Positions 60,224 through 64,000 of a stretch of DNA of 64,000 nt are shown here, one piece after another (position 1 is the stretch's first letter; every line of letters starts with the position of its first letter). Below the pieces are notes generated by a model. The model saw only the letters and a program-made list of their open reading frames with translations, was not told the DNA's origin and did not search any database. Made by a program: the position numbers and the translations under genes. This stretch comes from Alloprevotella sp. (lineage in GTDB: Bacteria; Bacteroidota; Bacteroidia; Bacteroidales; Bacteroidaceae). The stretch covers positions 160,914 to 224,913 of the forward strand of contig JAZQSL010000002.1 in the NCBI GenBank assembly GCA_045630125.1, given 5' to 3'.

Positions 60224-60508
60224 CTATTTGCTTTTTATTGTTTTGTGTAAGGCAAAACATACCCAGCACAAGAGGAGTAATGTTCCCCCAACGGATGCCC
60301 CGCCAAAAAGGATGAGTGAGAAGAAAGCCATCTGAGCGTGTACCAATTGCAAAGTACGCCATGTTGACACTTCTTCTTCCAATAGGTCTGAATAAATAGT
60401 TGCGAGAGATTTCACCGCTGAGCAAGTGCACAAATATTGTTTGAGTGAAAATGGTGCACAGGCTTGTGGTGCGAATGTCATCTTCAATGTGGCTTCTTTC
60501 TTTGTCAT
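60224..60508 (-). CDS. Hypothetical 94-aa protein with C-terminal hydrophobic hairpin
   Basis: Likely start MTKKEAT at 60508 after an AT-rich leader; YSDLLEEEVS..TL.LVHAQ segment followed by TM segments. Confidence 0.7.
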   Translation of the reverse strand: MTKKEATLKMTFAPQACAPFSLKQYLCTCSAVKSLATIYSDLLEEEVSTWRTLQLVHAQMAFFSLILFGGASVGGTLLLLCWVCFALHKTIKSK

Positions 60509-60551
60509 AATACTAAATGTTTTAGGTTTCTGATGCAAAGGAACAGCCAAA

Positions 60552-60572
60552 AAGTGACAAAGTACGTCACTT
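60552..60572. promoter_or_regulatory. Palindromic operator candidate AAGTGAC-N7-GTCACTT
   Basis: Perfect 7-bp inverted repeat overlapping the WYL stop codon, 8 bp upstream of a degenerate -7 box (TTCCTTTG, 60536-60543). Confidence 0.6.
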
Positions 60573-61475
60573 CTGAATTTTTTGTGTTAAAAGTTCTGCT
60601 TGAGCTTGCAAATATTGGGTTAGTTCCGGGCTATCTATGATTTCGATGTCGTCAAACAGCCCGAGTACGAAGCGTCCTATCCCCTTGAAACTACACACAT
60701 TTGTGGTCAATAGGTAGCGTCCGTCTTCTTGTTGTTTCATTTCGTGTTCTGCGGCGGGATATTCTTCCAGCAGTAGGCTGGTAGCTAAGGTTCCCAGGAG
60801 TAGTCTTACGGTAGTAGTTGTTTCGCTCGAGAAGTGAAACAGATCTGTATATATAGGTTTGTGTTTGTCTTTGTGCGACCAGAGCATATCCAGCAATTCT
60901 ATGCTTTGGGCACGACTTATCTTGAATGTTTTGTTCATACCCGAAGCCACTTCGTAGCAGCGTACTTCTGTATTGTCAGAGAGGAAGAGGTAGGGCTCGA
61001 CGATGCGGTCACTCATTTTACCACTACTGGGAGATGAATAGCCCTTCAGCACGACCATGTGCTCCGTACGTACAGCTTCGTACAGTTTTGTCAGGTTTTT
61101 AGCTACGTGGGTATCTATGCCATGGCTAGCCAGAGCTTTGTCGTCGTAGAGTTGTGCCAGTTTTGCGCGCAGATGTCTCACCTGTGGCGAATTGTCGGGC
61201 ACAGTGTTCAAGATATTGTTCAGTGTGATAGCCTCGTCCTGGGTGAGGTGAATCTTGTCTGTGATGTCACGGAAAAATGGTGAAGAATGGTCCAAGCGAT
61301 AGTAGCTCCCCTCCTTGATCACCTTGAATCCCATGTCACGAAACGAATCGAGATATCTATAGATACTGCGCTTGCTGAGATGAAGCATACAGCTGATATC
61401 CTCGACGCTGTGTGCGCGATTTTGTGTCAGTAGGACCATCAGTCTCAGCTGGCGATCAAATTTTTCGAGTTCCAT
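60567..61475 (-). CDS. WYL-domain transcriptional regulator (HTH-WYL-WCX)
   Basis: N-terminal wHTH SKRSIYRYLDSFRDMGF; WYL domain YSS..SGKMSDRIVEPY...CYE....NKTFKISR. Confidence 0.9.
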   Translation of the reverse strand: MELEKFDRQLRLMVLLTQNRAHSVEDISCMLHLSKRSIYRYLDSFRDMGFKVIKEGSYYRLDHSSPFFRDITDKIHLTQDEAITLNNILNTVPDNSPQVRHLRAKLAQLYDDKALASHGIDTHVAKNLTKLYEAVRTEHMVVLKGYSSPSSGKMSDRIVEPYLFLSDNTEVRCYEVASGMNKTFKISRAQSIELLDMLWSHKDKHKPIYTDLFHFSSETTTTVRLLLGTLATSLLLEEYPAAEHEMKQQEDGRYLLTTNVCSFKGIGRFVLGLFDDIEIIDSPELTQYLQAQAELLTQKIQK

Positions 61476-61676
61476 ACGTTTTTTTGTAGACCTTAAGTTA
61501 TCTCAGTAGAAAGACCAGCGATACGAAGCCGGCAACCCATCACCACCATTTCATCCTACTGCAATCATCGATTGGGCTTCACAAAAGTAATCATTTTTCT
61601 CTACAAAATCAGCGTCTACAAAGAATAAATCTTTTTTCTCACCTTACGACTCGCGCCTGTCTATATTATTATATGT

Positions 61677-61904
61677 TTACCTACCGTTCTTCTTCTGGCG
61701 TTCATACTCCTCAGCAAGGCTGCGTCCAAACTCTACAGCCTTGTCCTCTATCTTTTTGTAACTTCCCACTGCAGCTTTTTCAACAGCTTTATAACTGGCA
61801 ACTGCTGCATTTTCGATAGTCTTATAACTACCTACCACAGCGTTTTCAATACTTATGTAGGTTTCAACTACACCTTCCTTTACCTCTGATACTTTCTTTG
61901 TCAT
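61677..61904 (-). CDS. Small protein made of 11-residue repeats
   Basis: VVETYISIENA / VVGSYKTIENA / AVASYKAVEKA / AVGSYKKIEDK; -7 box TACCTTTG at 61952-61959. Confidence 0.8.
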   Translation of the reverse strand: MTKKVSEVKEGVVETYISIENAVVGSYKTIENAAVASYKAVEKAAVGSYKKIEDKAVEFGRSLAEEYERQKKNGR

Positions 61905-62095
61905 ACTCTTATTTTTTTACCGTTAATGTTATTGACGCTTATTTACGAGTGCAAAGGTAGGATGGAAAACAAGACAAACAAAGTGCCCTGAGTCGGATTG
62001 AATGGACGATTGTTCTGGTGATACGAGTAATTGTCTCCTAATATTCTTATCTTTGTGGAGTAATAGTCGGATTTTTAATTTAAACGAGGGAAAAT

Positions 62096-63010
62096 ATGAC
62101 ACTTGCTGAGACAATTGACAAATATATAGACGAAGGGCATCGCTGCAGTGCTTATAGCCTTGGTGACGAAATATCCGTTATCGTCAACCCATCGTTTGCT
62201 ATACTACCGAGCCAGCCACACCATTCACCCTTTGTAGTGGCGGCATACTGTCAGCACGGCAAGGGCACGGGGCGAGTCAACACGCGCATCTACAATATCG
62301 AGGCGGGCGGATTGTTTATAGTGCTCCCTGGCCAAATCACCGAACTAGTAGAGCTGAGCGACGATTTCGAGGCAACATATCTGCTTATGACGGACCATTT
62401 CACCGAGAGCTTGAGCATAGGCAACACCTTCAATCTGCGCAATATCATACAGTCGTGCCCCTATCAACTATTGTCTGCACCTGCACGCGAGGCAATCGAA
62501 GACTACCTGCGCATGGTGAAAAATACCATCACCATTGAGGCCAATCCCAACCGACTGGAGATTGTGCAACTTATCACGCGCGCCTTCTTCCTAGGCCTGG
62601 GCTACTTTCTCCACGAGAAAGACAAAGCGGATGAGGGGGATAGTCGACAGGTGAAACTCACGTCGGAATTTCTAAAACTTGTTGAGGCAAACTACCGCGA
62701 ACATCGCGACCTGAAGTACTATGCCGAACGCATGGGACTCACGCCAAAGTATATATCCACTATAGTTAAAGCCTCGAGTGAACGTAGTGCCATGGAATGG
62801 ATTGAGCGTTACGTCACGCTGGATGCTATTGCTCAACTGACCTCAACTGATCGCTCTATAAAGTATATTGCCTACGACCTGAACTTTCCCTCACTATCAT
62901 TCTTCGGCAAGTATTTTACACGCGTCGTAGGCCTTTCGCCTAGCGCCTATCGTGCTGAGCTGAAAAAACAAGGACCTGTCATAGAATGTCTGCCAACCCC
63001 TACGGCATAA
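62096..63010 (+). CDS. AraC family transcriptional regulator
   Basis: Cupin-like N-terminus; YYAERMGLTPKYIS and IAYDLNFPSLSFFGKYF double HTH. Confidence 0.93.
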   Translation: MTLAETIDKYIDEGHRCSAYSLGDEISVIVNPSFAILPSQPHHSPFVVAAYCQHGKGTGRVNTRIYNIEAGGLFIVLPGQITELVELSDDFEATYLLMTDHFTESLSIGNTFNLRNIIQSCPYQLLSAPAREAIEDYLRMVKNTITIEANPNRLEIVQLITRAFFLGLGYFLHEKDKADEGDSRQVKLTSEFLKLVEANYREHRDLKYYAERMGLTPKYISTIVKASSERSAMEWIERYVTLDAIAQLTSTDRSIKYIAYDLNFPSLSFFGKYFTRVVGLSPSAYRAELKKQGPVIECLPTPTA

Positions 63011-63169
63011 TGAGGTAAATAAAAAGATTGCAGCAAAATGAAGTAAATAAAAACACACTACCTCAGGTTTTCGAGTGCCATACCTTGTTATATAATATAT
63101 AGGTGTAGTGTGCTGGGGGACTTTTGGAGTGCAAAATAATCTGCCTAAGGTCACCCATAATAAAAGCAA

Positions 63170-63198
63170 AAACACTTACCGCCTTTGAGTAAGTGTTT
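63170..63198 (-). terminator. Hairpin downstream of the tRNA
   Basis: aaacacttac...gtaagtgttt. Confidence 0.7.
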
Positions 63199-63210
63199 GT
63201 GAATGATTTG

Positions 63211-63284
63211 TGGACCAGCCTGGGCTTGAACCAGGGACCTCCAGATTATGAGTCTGTTGCTCTAACCAACTGAGCTACAAGTCC
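63211..63284 (-). tRNA. tRNA with CAT anticodon (probably tRNA-Ile2 with lysidine; otherwise Met)
   Basis: GGACTTGTAGCTCAGTTGGTTAGAGCAACAGACTCATAATCTGGAGGTCCCTGGTTCAAGCCCAGGCTGGTCCA folds as a cloverleaf; -7 box TATTTTTG at 63316-63323. Confidence 0.93.
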
Positions 63285-63489
63285 AGTGAAAGGGATTGTT
63301 TCCTTCTTTCGGGTGCAAAAATAATACTTTCTGCGGCAAAAACCAAATAAAAACAGACAAATTTGGATTTTACGGCAGAAAGTATGTGATAGACTTAGGG
63401 ATTTTGTCTCTTACGCAAATATCGGGAATTGCTTGATTTCGAATATGAATATATTATGTATCGTCCTGGATTTGCGCAAGAGCATCTTT

Positions 63490-64000
63490 TTATGTGAAGT
63501 CAGCTGCAGTCACAGTGTAGCATTTGCCCTTTTGGGTTTCAAGGCGTAGTGTTTTGTCGCCATAGCGCAGGGTGCATGGTTCGCCAGACTCTGACAAGAT
63601 CACAGCCTTTTGCAGTTTGCCGTCTTTCCATTCGATATCTACGCCAAAGTTGCCGCGTGCGCGCAATCCCTTGATGTGTCCTTCAGCCCAGGCATCGGGG
63701 AGCGAGGGCAAGAGGTGCAGGCAGCCCGCATGGCTTTGCAGGAGCATTTCGGTCACACCTGCTGTGCCGCCGAAGTTACCATCGATTTGGAAGGGTGGGT
63801 GAATGTCCCACAGATTGTCTGCAGTACCATTTTTCAGCAAGTTGCCGTAGAGCGTATACGAACGGTTGCCATCGTGCAGGCGTGCCCATTGATTGAGTTT
63901 CCAACCCATACTCCAACCCGTAGCACCGTCTCCGCGGTGATTCAGTACGACGCGTGAAGCGTCAGCCAATTCTGGTGTGGTCAGGGGCGATATTGTGGTG
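63490..64000 (-). CDS. GH95 alpha-L-fucosidase, C-terminal part (5' end outside the window)
   Basis: RGDGATGWSMGWK..WARL, HPPFQIDGNFG, EMLLQSH and GLRARG motifs. Confidence 0.93.
   Translation of the reverse strand, partial: TTISPLTTPELADASRVVLNHRGDGATGWSMGWKLNQWARLHDGNRSYTLYGNLLKNGTADNLWDIHPPFQIDGNFGGTAGVTEMLLQSHAGCLHLLPSLPDAWAEGHIKGLRARGNFGVDIEWKDGKLQKAVILSESGEPCTLRYGDKTLRLETQKGKCYTVTAADFT

Noticed and set aside
60117-60431. 104-aa ORF in the track
   Set aside because: It mostly overlaps the 94-aa gene in another frame. Only its last 24 codons have their own ATG and SD.
60117-63210. tRNA-integrated prophage or ICE
   Set aside because: No integrase, no duplicated tRNA 3' end, and no phage or conjugation genes were seen.

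Overview
A mostly housekeeping chromosomal segment from a Bacteroidales (Prevotellaceae-like) bacterium. The assignment rests on TAnnTTTG -7 promoter boxes, T9SS-type C-terminal tails and gene content. Core genes: leuS (partial), ychF, lgt, metY-like, rlpA, parE-coaD-S41, queG, ruvB, ybeY, tyrS, argB, U32, ribF, dusB, pnp, ino1, rnhB, sufCDS and one CAT-anticodon tRNA. It also has host-glycan hydrolases (GH20, a GH123-like + GH33 sialidase fusion, partial GH95), an SGNH-MBOAT-DHHW-DHHW acylation cluster, an ECF/anti-sigma locus, an AT-rich orphan gene and a WYL module. No transposase, integrase, phage gene or CRISPR array was seen. The most unusual signal is non-coding. Eight intergenic arrays of about 85 bp are each built from usually four 21-22 bp modules of two kinds: a quasi-palindromic A module (near AAAAAGGTCTAGACCTTTTT) and a B module (near AACGAGACGTCGCGAAATTTT), in varying order and orientation. 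The second candidate system is a WYL regulator followed by a palindromic operator, a degenerate promoter, a 94-aa membrane protein and an unannotated 24-aa hydrophobic peptide. All product calls come from recognising motifs by eye; no searches were run.
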